From the NCBI GenBank assembly GCA_963751455.1, contig CAVVUN010000003.1:1-64000 (forward strand): DNA of 64,000 bases, in the 5' to 3' direction. Numbering within the stretch: position 1 is the stretch's first letter; the number at the start of each line of letters is the position of its first letter. A program made the translations under genes and the position numbers. The notes beneath the pieces are model-generated. The model made no database searches and was not told the origin of the DNA. It saw only the letters and a program-made list of their open reading frames with translations. Below are positions 33,386 through 43,103 of the stretch, piece after piece. The DNA comes from Nitrospirota bacterium (lineage in GTDB: Bacteria > Nitrospirota > UBA9217).

Positions 33386-34072
33386 TTATTGTCCCGCGGG
33401 CTTCCGGGAATTGGCTTCGCATGCCATATGGCGGATTACTTTCCCTTTTACCATGTACACAACCATTTCAGCTATATTCGTTGCATGGTCAGCAACGCGC
33501 TCTAAATACTTTGTAATATAGGTGAGCCGAACAGCCCGGGAGATATTTTTTGGGTCCTTCAGCATATACAAAAGCAGCTCGTTGAAGATCTGCTGGTTAA
33601 GATTATCGACAAAATCGTCCGCAGCGCAGACCTGAATCGCAAGGTCCGCGTCCTTCGCAACGAACGCATCAAGGCTGTTTTTCAGCATTTTTTGCGCAGC
33701 CTCGGCCATCCTCGGGATATCGATATACGGCTTAAGAGGCGGCTCCTCATTCAACTCGATTGCGCGTTCGCAGATATCCACTGCAAGGTCTCCCATGCGT
33801 TCAAGGTCCGTGATGATTTTGATTGCCGTGGTAACGAACCGCAGGTTGCTGCCCGTAGGCTGCCAGATGGCCAGAAAGCGGATTGTCTCCTCTTCGATCT
33901 CTACATCGAAGTTATTGACAATGGTATCGCCATTGATCACCTGCAGGGCAAGTTCCCGGTCCCGCTCGACGAGTGCCTTGATCGATTTCCTTATCGCGTC
34001 CTCGACAGCCCCACCCATTTTCAGGATCTGCTCTTTGAGCTTATCGAGTTCCTGTTCTTTTTGTCTGGCCAT
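33386..34072 (-). CDS. phoU: Phosphate signalling protein PhoU
   Basis: TDLERMGD and KYLERVADHATNIAE. Confidence 0.97.
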   Translation of the reverse strand: MARQKEQELDKLKEQILKMGGAVEDAIRKSIKALVERDRELALQVINGDTIVNNFDVEIEEETIRFLAIWQPTGSNLRFVTTAIKIITDLERMGDLAVDICERAIELNEEPPLKPYIDIPRMAEAAQKMLKNSLDAFVAKDADLAIQVCAADDFVDNLNQQIFNELLLYMLKDPKNISRAVRLTYITKYLERVADHATNIAEMVVYMVKGKVIRHMACEANSRKPAGQ

Positions 34073-34156
34073 GGTAACTCCTTGTCAATTGCAAATTTCG
34101 GATTGCGAATTGCGGATTGAAAGGCAAAGGTTTAAGAAGCTTTTATTTCGCATTCT

Positions 34157-34196
34157 GCTTGCGCCCAGCGATTACGAGTGCACGCGAGTGCAGGGT
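34157..34196 (+). repeat. Short copy of the GCTTGCGCCC...GTGCAGGGT element inside a 7-nt (ccgcatt-like) repeat tract
   Basis: gcttgcgcccagcgattacgagtgcacgcgagtgcagggt. Confidence 0.7.
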
Positions 34197-34219
34197 GAAA
34201 TCCGCATTCCGCAATCGGC

Positions 34220-34999
34220 TTACCCAAACCTTCCCGTTATATAATCGTCCGTCTGCTTTTTATCCGGGTTCGTGAATATTTTTTCCGTGGGTCCGAACTC
34301 GATCAGTTCGCCCATGTAGAGAAAGGCCGTCATGTCGGACACACGGGCCGCCTGCTGCATGTTGTGCGTCACAATGATGATCGTGACCCGCTTCTTGAGT
34401 TCGCCAACCAGTTCCTCTATGCGGGTTGTGGCAATGGGGTCCAGGGCCGAGGTGGGCTCATCGAAGAGGATGATCTCCGGGTCCGTGGCAAGGGCGCGGG
34501 CAATGCAGAGCCGTTGCTGCTGGCCTCCCGACAGGTTGAATGCGAGGCTGTGGAGCCGGTCATGCGTCTCCCGCCAGATCGCCGCGTCGCGCAGCGCCTG
34601 TTCCACTTTATCGTCAAGAATGCTTTTCTTGGTCACCCCGCGAACGCGGAGTCCGTAGGCCACGTTTTCATAGATGGATTTGGGGAAAGGATTCGGCTTC
34701 TGAAACACCATGCTGATGCGCATGCGGACCTCAATCGGGTCCACCGCGCGGCTGATGATGTTGACGTTGTCGGGATGAAGGATGATTTCGCCCTCGTAGC
34801 GGTTGCCGTGATACAGATCGTGCATGCGGTTGAAGCAGCGGAGATAGGTCGTTTTCCCGCAGCCCGACGGTCCGATAAACGCGGTCACCTGTTTCTCGGG
34901 GATGGCAAGACTGATGTCCCTGAGGGCATGGACCGTGTTGTAGTAGAAATTCAGGTTTTTTACTTCGGCCTTGATCGCTTTTCCTGCAGTAACAGTCAT
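34220..34999 (-). CDS. pstB: Phosphate ABC transporter ATPase
   Basis: [45 protein letters not shown]. Confidence 0.97.
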   Translation of the reverse strand: MTVTAGKAIKAEVKNLNFYYNTVHALRDISLAIPEKQVTAFIGPSGCGKTTYLRCFNRMHDLYHGNRYEGEIILHPDNVNIISRAVDPIEVRMRISMVFQKPNPFPKSIYENVAYGLRVRGVTKKSILDDKVEQALRDAAIWRETHDRLHSLAFNLSGGQQQRLCIARALATDPEIILFDEPTSALDPIATTRIEELVGELKKRVTIIIVTHNMQQAARVSDMTAFLYMGELIEFGPTEKIFTNPDKKQTDDYITGRFG

Positions 35000-35015
35000 T
35001 AAAACAGTCCTCACC

Positions 35016-35945
35016 TTACCATTTGATGCGCTTGCGGATTCGGGAACGGAGGTATATGGCCAATGCGTTCATGGCGAGCGTCATCAGAAGCAGAACCACG
35101 CCGGCCGCGGCTGCATTGTGTTGGAACGCCTCCTCGGGACGCGACGTCCAGTTAAACATCTGAATGGGCATTACCGTGAAAGGATCCAGTATCCATTTAA
35201 ACGAAACAAAGGGAAACTCCGGTGTTACAGGCGAATGGGGAAGAAAGGCGATGAAGGTAAGCGCGCCAATGGTGATGATGGGCGCGGTTTCGCCGATGGC
35301 CCGCGACAGCCCGATAATAACGCCCGTCAGGATTCCGCCCGTTGAGTAGGGCAAAACATGGTTCCAGACCGTCTGCCATTTGGTCGCGCCGAGCGCGTAA
35401 GCCGCCTCTCGGATGCTCCCCGGCACCGCCCTGATGGCCTCCCGTGTGGCCACGATCACGACCGGAAGAATCAGCAGCGCCAGAGTCAGGCCGGCAGACA
35501 GGATGCTTTGTCCGAGCCCAAACGTATAAACGAAGAGCCCGAGGGCTAAGAGCCCGTACACAATGGACGGCACGCCGGCAAGGTTCGTGACGTTGATCTC
35601 GATGATCGCGGTGAGCCAATTCTTGCGCGCGTACTCCTCGAGGTAAATCGCCGACGCGATTCCCAGGGGTACCGCCGCAAAGGCCGTCACGAGCATCACG
35701 AGCACGGTCCCGACCCAGGCAGAAAGGATGCCGGCGCTCTCAGCCCTTCGGGACGGGAACGAGGTGAAGAAATCAGCGTTAAACCGCGGCATGCCGTTGA
35801 TGAAAAGCTGGATGAACAGCGCCAGCAGGGTGAGAACACCCAGGAGCATGCAGAGAAAACCGACGACCGCGAAGATATAATCCCATCGTTTGTGACGGGA
35901 AATGATGGCGCGGATCTCTTCCGCTTTTTGCACAATCATCCGCAT
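35016..35945 (-). CDS. pstA: Phosphate ABC transporter permease
   Basis: [33 protein letters not shown]. Confidence 0.96.
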   Translation of the reverse strand: MRMIVQKAEEIRAIISRHKRWDYIFAVVGFLCMLLGVLTLLALFIQLFINGMPRFNADFFTSFPSRRAESAGILSAWVGTVLVMLVTAFAAVPLGIASAIYLEEYARKNWLTAIIEINVTNLAGVPSIVYGLLALGLFVYTFGLGQSILSAGLTLALLILPVVIVATREAIRAVPGSIREAAYALGATKWQTVWNHVLPYSTGGILTGVIIGLSRAIGETAPIITIGALTFIAFLPHSPVTPEFPFVSFKWILDPFTVMPIQMFNWTSRPEEAFQHNAAAAGVVLLLMTLAMNALAIYLRSRIRKRIKW

Positions 35946-35947
35946 CC

Positions 35948-36859
35948 TCAATATACCTCCCTGACACGCTTTTTCAGGATGTAACCGGCGATATTGAAGA
36001 CAAGCGTGATCAGCATCAGGGTAAGCCCGGCTGCAAAGATGGTCTGGTACCCGATGCTGCCGTGAGGCAAGTCGCCAAGGCTCACTTGAACGATGTAGGA
36101 AGTGATCGTGGCGGCCGGCTCCATCGGGTTCCACGTGAGATTCGGCTGCATGCCTGCCGCGATTGCCACGACCATGGTCTCACCCACAGCCCGTGAGATC
36201 CCGAGAATGTATGCAGCCGCAACGCCAGAGAACGCCGAGGGGAATACAACACGCACCGCGGTCTGGAACCGGGTGGCGCCCATGGCATAGGAACCCTCGC
36301 GGATAAACATAGGAACGGCGTGCATGGCGTCCTCACTTACGGAGCTCACGTAGGGCACGATCATGACGCCCATCACGATGCCGGCTGAGAGCATGTTGAA
36401 ACCCGGCAGGTCCGGCATGACCGTTTGTAAAAGCGGTGTGACGAAGACCAGGGCGAAGTAGCCGAAGACCACTGTAGGAACGGCCCCGAGCAGTTCCAGA
36501 AAGGGCTTCACAAGCTCCCGAAGCCTGTGCGGGGCGAATTCGCTCAAATAGATCGCGATGATCGTCCCGAGCGGAATCGCCACGGCAAGCGCCACGCCTG
36601 TCGTCACCAGGGTCCCGGCCACGAGCGGCATGATGCCGTAATGCGCGTTGTCGAAAAGCGGCGTCCACTGCGTGTCGGTCAGAAACTCTTTCAGGGAAAC
36701 TTGCTTGAAAAAGGGAATGGATTCATAAATGAGGATGGCGGCGATAGCGAACGTGGTGAACACCGAGGACAGCGCCGCCAGAAGCAGAATCGCTTCGATC
36801 ACGCGCTCGCGCACGCGCCGGGCGTGTTTCCTGGTGAGTGATTGTTGAGTGCCGTTCAT
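35948..36859 (-). CDS. pstC: Phosphate ABC transporter permease
   Basis: ELLGAVPTVVFG, REGSYAMGATR, SRAVGETM. Confidence 0.96.
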   Translation of the reverse strand: MNGTQQSLTRKHARRVRERVIEAILLLAALSSVFTTFAIAAILIYESIPFFKQVSLKEFLTDTQWTPLFDNAHYGIMPLVAGTLVTTGVALAVAIPLGTIIAIYLSEFAPHRLRELVKPFLELLGAVPTVVFGYFALVFVTPLLQTVMPDLPGFNMLSAGIVMGVMIVPYVSSVSEDAMHAVPMFIREGSYAMGATRFQTAVRVVFPSAFSGVAAAYILGISRAVGETMVVAIAAGMQPNLTWNPMEPAATITSYIVQVSLGDLPHGSIGYQTIFAAGLTLMLITLVFNIAGYILKKRVREVY

Positions 36860-36886
36860 ACTGGTGAAGCTCCGGTTTACAAAACG

Positions 36887-36920
36887 AAAAAGGGCGGGGC
36901 GTCCTTCCGGGCCCCCGCCC
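36887..36920 (-). terminator. GC-rich hairpin plus U-tract between pstS and pstC (partial terminator or mRNA stabiliser)
   Basis: Minus strand gggcgggggc..gccccgccc followed by ttttt. Confidence 0.6.
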
Positions 36921-36944
36921 GAATTACCCGCATGAGCGGGCAAA

Positions 36945-37961
36945 TTAATGCTTGCCTTCCCGTTTCAGCAGCTCCTCCACCGACACACCCACTTCGGGCT
37001 CTCCGCCGAAACCGGTGCCGAGCTTCTTCTGCTTGAAATTTTCTGCGGCCAGCTTGTAGGCTTTGTCAGGCAGGGGCACATACTTCACCTCTGTCACGAG
37101 GCGCGGCGCGTTCTTCAGATAGAATTCCACGAACGCCCTGATCTCGGGCTTTTCCATGGACTTGGCGTTCACGTAAATGAAGATGGGCCTTGAGAGAGGC
37201 TGGTACGTGCCGTTCTTCACCGTATCGAACGAGGGCAATACGGCGGGCCTGCCTGCCTTCTCCACGATCGGTACAGCCTTGAGCTTTTTGCTGTTTTCCG
37301 CGTAGTAGGCATAGCCGAAATATCCGAGGGCAAACTTGTCGCGGGCCACACCCTGGACCAGCACGTTGTCGTCCTCGCTCGCCGTAAAGTCGCCGCGGCT
37401 GGACTTGGACTTGCCCACAACGGCCTCGGTGAAGTAGTCGAAAGTGCCCGAATCAGCGCCGGGACCGTACAGCTTGATCGCCGCATCCGGCCAGGCCGGG
37501 TTCACCTGGTTCCATTTCATGACCGTGCCCTGGGCCTCGGGCGCCCACATTTTTTTAAGTTCCTCCACGGTGATGCTCTTGAGCCAGTCGTTCTTCGGGT
37601 TCACCACAACAGTCAGAGCGTCATAGGCCACCGGCAGCTCGATGTACCGGATTCCGGCCTCCTTGCAGGCATCCATTTCCTTCTTCAGGATAGGGCGCGA
37701 TGCATCGGAGATGTCCGTTTCGTTGCGACAGAACTTCTTAAAGCCTCCGCCCGTGCCCGAAATGCCCACGGTCACTCTGGTGGCGCCCTTTGTCGCCTTC
37801 TGGTACTCCTCCGCTACAGCCTCGGTGATCGGGTATACGGTGCTGGAGCCGTCTATCTTGATGAGCGCCTCCTGGGCCTGCGTTGCTTCGGGTCCAAGGA
37901 TAAACATGGCCGTAAGGGCCACAACAAATGTTAATGCTGTTAACAATGCAATTCTTTTCAT
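36945..37961 (-). CDS. pstS: Phosphate-binding periplasmic protein
   Basis: [30 protein letters not shown]. Confidence 0.96.
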   Translation of the reverse strand: MKRIALLTALTFVVALTAMFILGPEATQAQEALIKIDGSSTVYPITEAVAEEYQKATKGATRVTVGISGTGGGFKKFCRNETDISDASRPILKKEMDACKEAGIRYIELPVAYDALTVVVNPKNDWLKSITVEELKKMWAPEAQGTVMKWNQVNPAWPDAAIKLYGPGADSGTFDYFTEAVVGKSKSSRGDFTASEDDNVLVQGVARDKFALGYFGYAYYAENSKKLKAVPIVEKAGRPAVLPSFDTVKNGTYQPLSRPIFIYVNAKSMEKPEIRAFVEFYLKNAPRLVTEVKYVPLPDKAYKLAAENFKQKKLGTGFGGEPEVGVSVEELLKREGKH

Positions 37962-37984
37962 TTCTTTCTCCTTCTAGAGTTAAT

Positions 37985-38027
37985 TTTATAGCATGTTAAT
38001 GTTACAGTATTGTTACAAGTTTATAAA
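37985..38027 (-). promoter_or_regulatory. Pho-box-like array plus -10 (pstS promoter)
   Basis: Plus-strand tgttac 38000, tgttac 38011, tataaa 38022 (11-bp period); -10 TATAAA at 37985-37990, 9 nt away. Confidence 0.8.
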
Positions 38028-38194
38028 AATTTTAGAGTCTTTGCGGATCAATTGGGAGCCCGCAGGTCTTTTATCCCTCCTTTCATTTCCCGTAATCCTT
38101 TTGTTTTGATTACCATTACGGGCAATCTTCTCTGCAAGTCAGCTATGTTTTTTCGAGTCTCGCCGCTTGCCTATCCTGTTCATATCTCTTGCGT

Positions 38195-38587
38195 TTATGC
38201 GTTCTTACCTGCCGTCAAGCCGACATGCTCGTTCACTTTTTTTCGCAAGTCGGCGATATTGCCCTTGCAGATATAATCCCTTACACCGTGCAGCGCAACG
38301 CTCTGTCTCAAACTGTCCTCATCGTTCGATGAATAGAAGATGATCGGTGTGTTGCGGGTCCTGTCATTCCCATGAAGCAGTTCCGCCAGGTTGTCCCCGG
38401 AAAGCCCGGGCATGTTGATGTCGAGCAGGACCAGATCGGGCTGCAGCATGTTAACCAGGTTCGTCACCCCGAATCCGCTCTTTTTGGTGATCACCTCTAA
38501 TTCATCATGCTCGAGCAGTTGCTTAGTGGTGTAGAGGTGCAATTCATCATCATCGACTACGAGTACCATTTTCTTATTCCGGGTCAT
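38195..38587 (-). CDS. Single-domain response regulator
   Basis: VVDDD, LLDINMPGLSG, YSS, ICKG. Confidence 0.88.
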   Translation of the reverse strand: MTRNKKMVLVVDDDELHLYTTKQLLEHDELEVITKKSGFGVTNLVNMLQPDLVLLDINMPGLSGDNLAELLHGNDRTRNTPIIFYSSNDEDSLRQSVALHGVRDYICKGNIADLRKKVNEHVGLTAGKNA

Positions 38588-39774
38588 ATAAGCCTCCCTG
38601 TTCTATAGGTTGTATCGGCAAAGAAACGGTAAAGGTCGTGCCTTTGCCGTACGTGCTCGATACCGATATCATACCGTCGATCAACTCGGCCAGATTTTTG
38701 CTGATCGTCAGGCCGAGCCCCGTACCCTGGTGCGTTTTGGTTTTAACGTCCTCAATCTGGCTGAACGCGAGAAACAGCTTATCGAGGTGCTCGTTTCTGA
38801 TACCCAAGCCGGTGTCGCTGACCGAGATTTCCAACCGGCTTCCGACGATGCCGACCTCTATCACAATAGTGCCGGAATCGGTGAACTTTGCGGCATTGCT
38901 CGCGAGGTTCATCAGTATTTGCCTGAGCTTGATGGGGTCCGTAGTTATAGTCAGCGGCAGAGCGGGAACGGAGACTTCTACTTTCACCGGCTTATTTCCG
39001 ATTAGAATGCGCGCTGTCTCCGCAATTTCAGAAACGAGCGGCGAGACCGCAAAGCGGTGCTGTGTTACCTCCATTTTACCGGCCTCTATCTTTGACAGGT
39101 CGAGGATATTGGTTATTATGGTCCTGAGGCCTGTTGCGCTCGAAGATCATGAACGAGAGCCGTTCTTTTATCTGTTCGATCGAGTCTTTTTCCGCGGCCA
39201 TGCGCAGGAGCTCGGCAAGTCCGATGATGGCATTCACGGGCGACCTGAGCTCGTGGGTGACGTTCGCGAGGAACTGCGACTTTACCTGGCTGATCTTTTC
39301 AAGTTCCTGCGCGCGCGCATTCGCCACCTCTTTTTGGAGGATGCTGTTTGCCAGGGCGTTGCTTTGCTGGACCACGAGCTGCTTGACCGACAAGAGGCCG
39401 CGATAGAGCCCCTGGGGACAGGTCACAATAATCTCGTCGTAGATGTCCTGCGGCGGCCGCTCCAGGGCCATGTCGATGACCACGTCGAGCGGTTCGTTCT
39501 CGGTCACGACAAGGGGAGTGGTGTCGGTTATGACGATAACGGGGTGCTTGCCGTAGAGTTCGAAGCCGAACCTCCGGAAGAGGGTGAAGAGCAGCTTCGT
39601 CCGGGTAACCAGGCCGACGGGCTCTTTCCCATCGACCACGGCGATCGCGTCAAGCTCGGTAGTGCTGAAAAACCGCTCGGCCACGCTGTTCACGATGGTC
39701 TGCGGCGTGACCTGGTCTTTCGACGTCAGGAGTTCCCCGACGGGAAGCGCGTGTTCCTGCGTTATTGTGACCAT
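38574..39774 (-). CDS. Cytoplasmic CBS-pair sensor histidine kinase (one frameshift near 39140)
   Basis: CBS-like N-terminus (PVGLVTR..), FLANVTHELRSPVNAIIG H-box; after the shift NILDLSKIEAGK, NLASNAAKFT, DTGLG, GTGLGL. Confidence 0.85.
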
Positions 39775-39989
39775 GTTGTTTCCTTTCTTTCGATATGACA
39801 TTGTCAAACTTTTGCCACAGAGGACACGGAGAGCCCTATTAGCCGCGAAAGAACACAAGGAGCGCAGAGTGATTTAAATCTGAAATATACATTTTGGGGC
39901 CTTTCTTTGAGACTTCGACGAGCTCAGTCGAGTCGTTCTTTGCGTTCTTTTGCGGCCAACGTCAGTAGTTACTCTGTTTTAAAAAATAT

Positions 39990-41078
39990 CTACGCTATCC
40001 CCGCCACAGAGCGCTGCCCGTTCTCACGTATCAATGACACTGTAAACTGAGCCCCTTCTCCCGGATCGCTTACGACCATGATATTTCCTCCCATGGCTTC
40101 TACGAGCAGCTTGACGATGTAGAGCCCGAGGCCCGCCCCCTTGATCTTTTCACTGCCGCCGGCGCGGTAGAATTTATCGAAAATTCTGGGAAGTTCGTCC
40201 CTCCGTATGCCGCATCCTTCATCCTTTATCGTAACTTCCGTCCGATCTTGTCGTTCGTCGAAGTAGATCCAGACTCTGCCTGCCTCGCGGTTGAATTTCA
40301 CGGCATTGGAAAGAAGGTTTACCAGCACCTGCATGAGAGCGGTCCTGTCCGCGCGCACCGGACTCGGCGTACTTTTCATAACAGTTAGTTCTAAATTTTT
40401 TTTAGCTGCCGCATCTCGAAGGATCTCAACCGCGTCATTCGCCGCCTCGACAATATCGATCGGTTCAGACGGCAGCGTGATTCCTTCCTTCTCAAGACGG
40501 GTGAGCAGCGAAAAGTCGTTCAGGAGGCTTTGAGCGTGTACAGCGGCGGTGTTTATCGTTCTGAGATGCCTCTGCCCGTTATCGCTTCTGAGGGCAAGCG
40601 ATGAAAAACCGCCGATCGCGGTAAGGGAGTTTCTCACTTCATGGACAATATATCGGAGAGAGGTTTCGTGCTCCTGCTCCCTGGCCTGGAGCTGCTTGAT
40701 CACCTCTTGCCGGTCGACATATTTCCGTATCTTGAGCAGGACTTCTCTGATGGAAAAAGGCTTTGAAATAAAATCGTCGGCTCCCAGGCCCAGCCCCTTG
40801 ATGCGCGCCTCTTCACCGGACAGCGCCGTCAGCATGACGATCGGCACAGCCCGGCCCTTGGAGCTTTCGCGGAGAATGCGGCACACCTCCCACCCGTTCA
40901 GCTCCGGCATCATGATGTCCAGGAGCACTACCGCAGGCATGTTGCACTGCACGGCGTCTATTGCTTCTTCGCCGTTTCGCGCAAGCGCCGTCTGATAGTT
41001 TGCTTTCTCGAGGTTATAGCGGAGCAGTTCCACTATGTCATCTTCATCTTCAACGATAAGAATCAGTTCATCTTTCAT
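39990..41078 (-). CDS. Receiver-histidine kinase hybrid (PhoB-like REC + HisKA + HATPase)
   Basis: IVEDEDDIVELLRYNL..LDIMMP..MLTA..GADDFISKPF; HEVRNSL; NLLSNAVKF, DEGCG, GAGLGL. Confidence 0.9.
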   Translation of the reverse strand: MKDELILIVEDEDDIVELLRYNLEKANYQTALARNGEEAIDAVQCNMPAVVLLDIMMPELNGWEVCRILRESSKGRAVPIVMLTALSGEEARIKGLGLGADDFISKPFSIREVLLKIRKYVDRQEVIKQLQAREQEHETSLRYIVHEVRNSLTAIGGFSSLALRSDNGQRHLRTINTAAVHAQSLLNDFSLLTRLEKEGITLPSEPIDIVEAANDAVEILRDAAAKKNLELTVMKSTPSPVRADRTALMQVLVNLLSNAVKFNREAGRVWIYFDERQDRTEVTIKDEGCGIRRDELPRIFDKFYRAGGSEKIKGAGLGLYIVKLLVEAMGGNIMVVSDPGEGAQFTVSLIRENGQRSVAGIA

Positions 41079-41115
41079 GCGTTATCCCCGGCTGCATTAT
41101 TAGTTTACAACCTGC

Positions 41116-41169
41116 ATTTTAATGTGTTTTTGTTACGGCAATATGAAGGGTATGTTACATGTTGGTTAC
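41116..41169 (-). promoter_or_regulatory. Pho-box-like array plus -10
   Basis: tgttac 41131, tatgaa 41142, tgttac 41153, ggttac 41164; -10 TAAAAT at 41116-41121. Confidence 0.75.
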
Positions 41170-41211
41170 GACCGGCACGGAGCCGGGGAGGGCTGAGCGT
41201 GCGCTAATCGA

Positions 41212-41778
41212 TCAGGGATGCACTTCATACAATTTTATTTGTTTCGACTTGTCCGTGTCAGGAAGTTTCAGTATGTGATCAGCCGAAGGCAAAATGATTT
41301 CGATGATTGTACCTTGGCCGACCTTGCTTGAAACTGTGAGAGTGCCGCCCAGAGCCTTGATCCTGATTCCGATGCCGGGCACTGCATCGTCTTGCTTGTC
41401 GTTGTTATGATCGGCGCCGATCATCGCTGAAACCTCTTCCGCTTTCATGCCTCGTCCCGTATCCGTGACGGTCAGCCTGATATTGTCCTTCTCGCTGTTC
41501 AGAATCAGCGCGATCCTTCCGCGATCGGTGAATTTCGCAGCATTGTCCATAAGTTCGGTCAATATCCGCCTCACCATCTCCCGGTCAGAGGATATGACAA
41601 CCGGGCCCGGAGAAGCAGCATCCATCACGGTGACCCGCTTTTTCCCGATGGACTCGCGGGTGGCCTGAGTGACTTCCTGGAGCAGCGAAACGAGATCGAA
41701 GTGGACGTAGGCGGGATGAAGCGGCAGCCCCGCCTTACTCCTGAAGGACGGTAATTTTTCGGTCGTGTGCATGGACAT
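41212..41778 (-). CDS. Stand-alone, partly degenerate HATPase_c protein with no H-box
   Basis: ELMDNAAKFT (N box), DTGRG (G1), eroded F/G2 region, GQGT; AAGGAG RBS before ATG 41778. Confidence 0.7.
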   Translation of the reverse strand: MSMHTTEKLPSFRSKAGLPLHPAYVHFDLVSLLQEVTQATRESIGKKRVTVMDAASPGPVVISSDREMVRRILTELMDNAAKFTDRGRIALILNSEKDNIRLTVTDTGRGMKAEEVSAMIGADHNNDKQDDAVPGIGIRIKALGGTLTVSSKVGQGTIIEIILPSADHILKLPDTDKSKQIKLYEVHP

Positions 41779-41978
41779 CTCCTTTTGACAGATTGACGGT
41801 GAGTGCCTGTTTGCAAAACAATACTCTTCCGGCAAGCGCTTTCAGCGAGAACGAACTCCACATCCGGTCCGCCATGCCGGCTATCGGGAACAAGAGAAGG
41901 CATCCGGCGGAAGCCAGGATCAGCTCGATCATGTTCATCCTCAGGGCACTCACTGCTGCACGATTCGACGCATACTTT

Positions 41979-43103
41979 CTATTCTCTGACAAAGCTCAGG
42001 TCCTCCTTCAGCGGCACCGGGCAAGGCCGGCCAGGCGCTGCTGTACCCGCAGGCGTCTGATCAGTCCGGCACGATCTCCTCCGAGCCAGGCCGAAGAACA
42101 GTGAAAGGATGGCAGCGGACAACGTGTGGAGATAGAAGGTGAAAAAGCGCCAACCCATCGTGACCACTCCGAGCGCGCCCACAGGCAGGAACGGCATATA
42201 CAGGAGCGAGAAAAAGATCTCAGCTCCTCCGGCGCCTCCGGGGCTCGGCACCAGGATCGTGAGCGCAAAGACAAGGACCTGGAGCACCATGAACAGCAGG
42301 GGCTGGACCGGGATCCCGAGGCTTATCAGGAGCAGGGATATGATCGAGTAGCGGCAGGTCCATTGGACCGAGGTCAGGACCAGGGTGAGGACCAGCACCT
42401 TCTTCCCGCCCCGCCCTATCAAGCGAAAGGTCTGCTGAAATGTCCAGAAAGCGGCCAGTACCTTTTCCCTTATCGTCCCCATCCTCGCCCTTCTCTTCCA
42501 GCCTAATGCAAGGACCAGGAGGACCAGACAGAGAGACACGAAGAGCGCTCCGATCCACCACGCACCATGCGGGAGCCTGACGATGCCGGCCTGCCGGGGC
42601 AGATCCCATGACGTGGATACCGTGAGCGCCGTCGGGACCATGATCAGGAAGAACAGGGCGTCCTCCAGGTTTTCGAGAACAGGCAGGGAAATGGCCGTTC
42701 CCGGGTCCAGTCCCCGGTTCATCAGCATGCCGATCTTGACAGCGCCTCCGCCGATCACGGGAGGCGCGATCGCCGCGCCCAGGTCCGCCATGATAACGAT
42801 CTCGAAAGCATCACGATAGGTGAGCGGCTGCCCAAGGAACCTGCTCCAGGTGAACAGCCTGAGGGAACCAGTGAACCACGGCACGATGCTCAGCAGGGCG
42901 GCGAGAAGAAGGAACCCGGGATGAAAATGAACGAGCGACGCCAGCGTCTGTTTGTCTGTCATGACCAGACAATACACCACGTTCCCGATGATGCCCACGG
43001 GTATGAGGATCAGCAGTTTTCGGAGGATTCTGTTGATGCGGTCCGGGACCGGGACCGGTTGCAGCGGCCTCTCCTTGTCCGATTTACGACAGACGCTGTT
43101 CAT
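41979..43103 (-). CDS. Lysylphosphatidylglycerol-synthase TM-region / flippase-like membrane protein
   Basis: Multi-TM; PPVIGG, PSPGGAGGAE and WRFFTFY motifs typical of this family. Confidence 0.8.
   Translation of the reverse strand: MNSVCRKSDKERPLQPVPVPDRINRILRKLLILIPVGIIGNVVYCLVMTDKQTLASLVHFHPGFLLLAALLSIVPWFTGSLRLFTWSRFLGQPLTYRDAFEIVIMADLGAAIAPPVIGGGAVKIGMLMNRGLDPGTAISLPVLENLEDALFFLIMVPTALTVSTSWDLPRQAGIVRLPHGAWWIGALFVSLCLVLLVLALGWKRRARMGTIREKVLAAFWTFQQTFRLIGRGGKKVLVLTLVLTSVQWTCRYSIISLLLISLGIPVQPLLFMVLQVLVFALTILVPSPGGAGGAEIFFSLLYMPFLPVGALGVVTMGWRFFTFYLHTLSAAILSLFFGLARRRSCRTDQTPAGTAAPGRPCPVPLKEDLSFVRE

Noticed and set aside
39990-41078. Calling this gene phoB or phoR
   Set aside because: It has no winged-helix domain and no TM/PAS region; it is a REC-kinase hybrid
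41735-41992. 85-aa ORF between the flippase and HATPase genes
   Set aside because: It overlaps both neighbours and has no motif; it cannot be supported without a homology search
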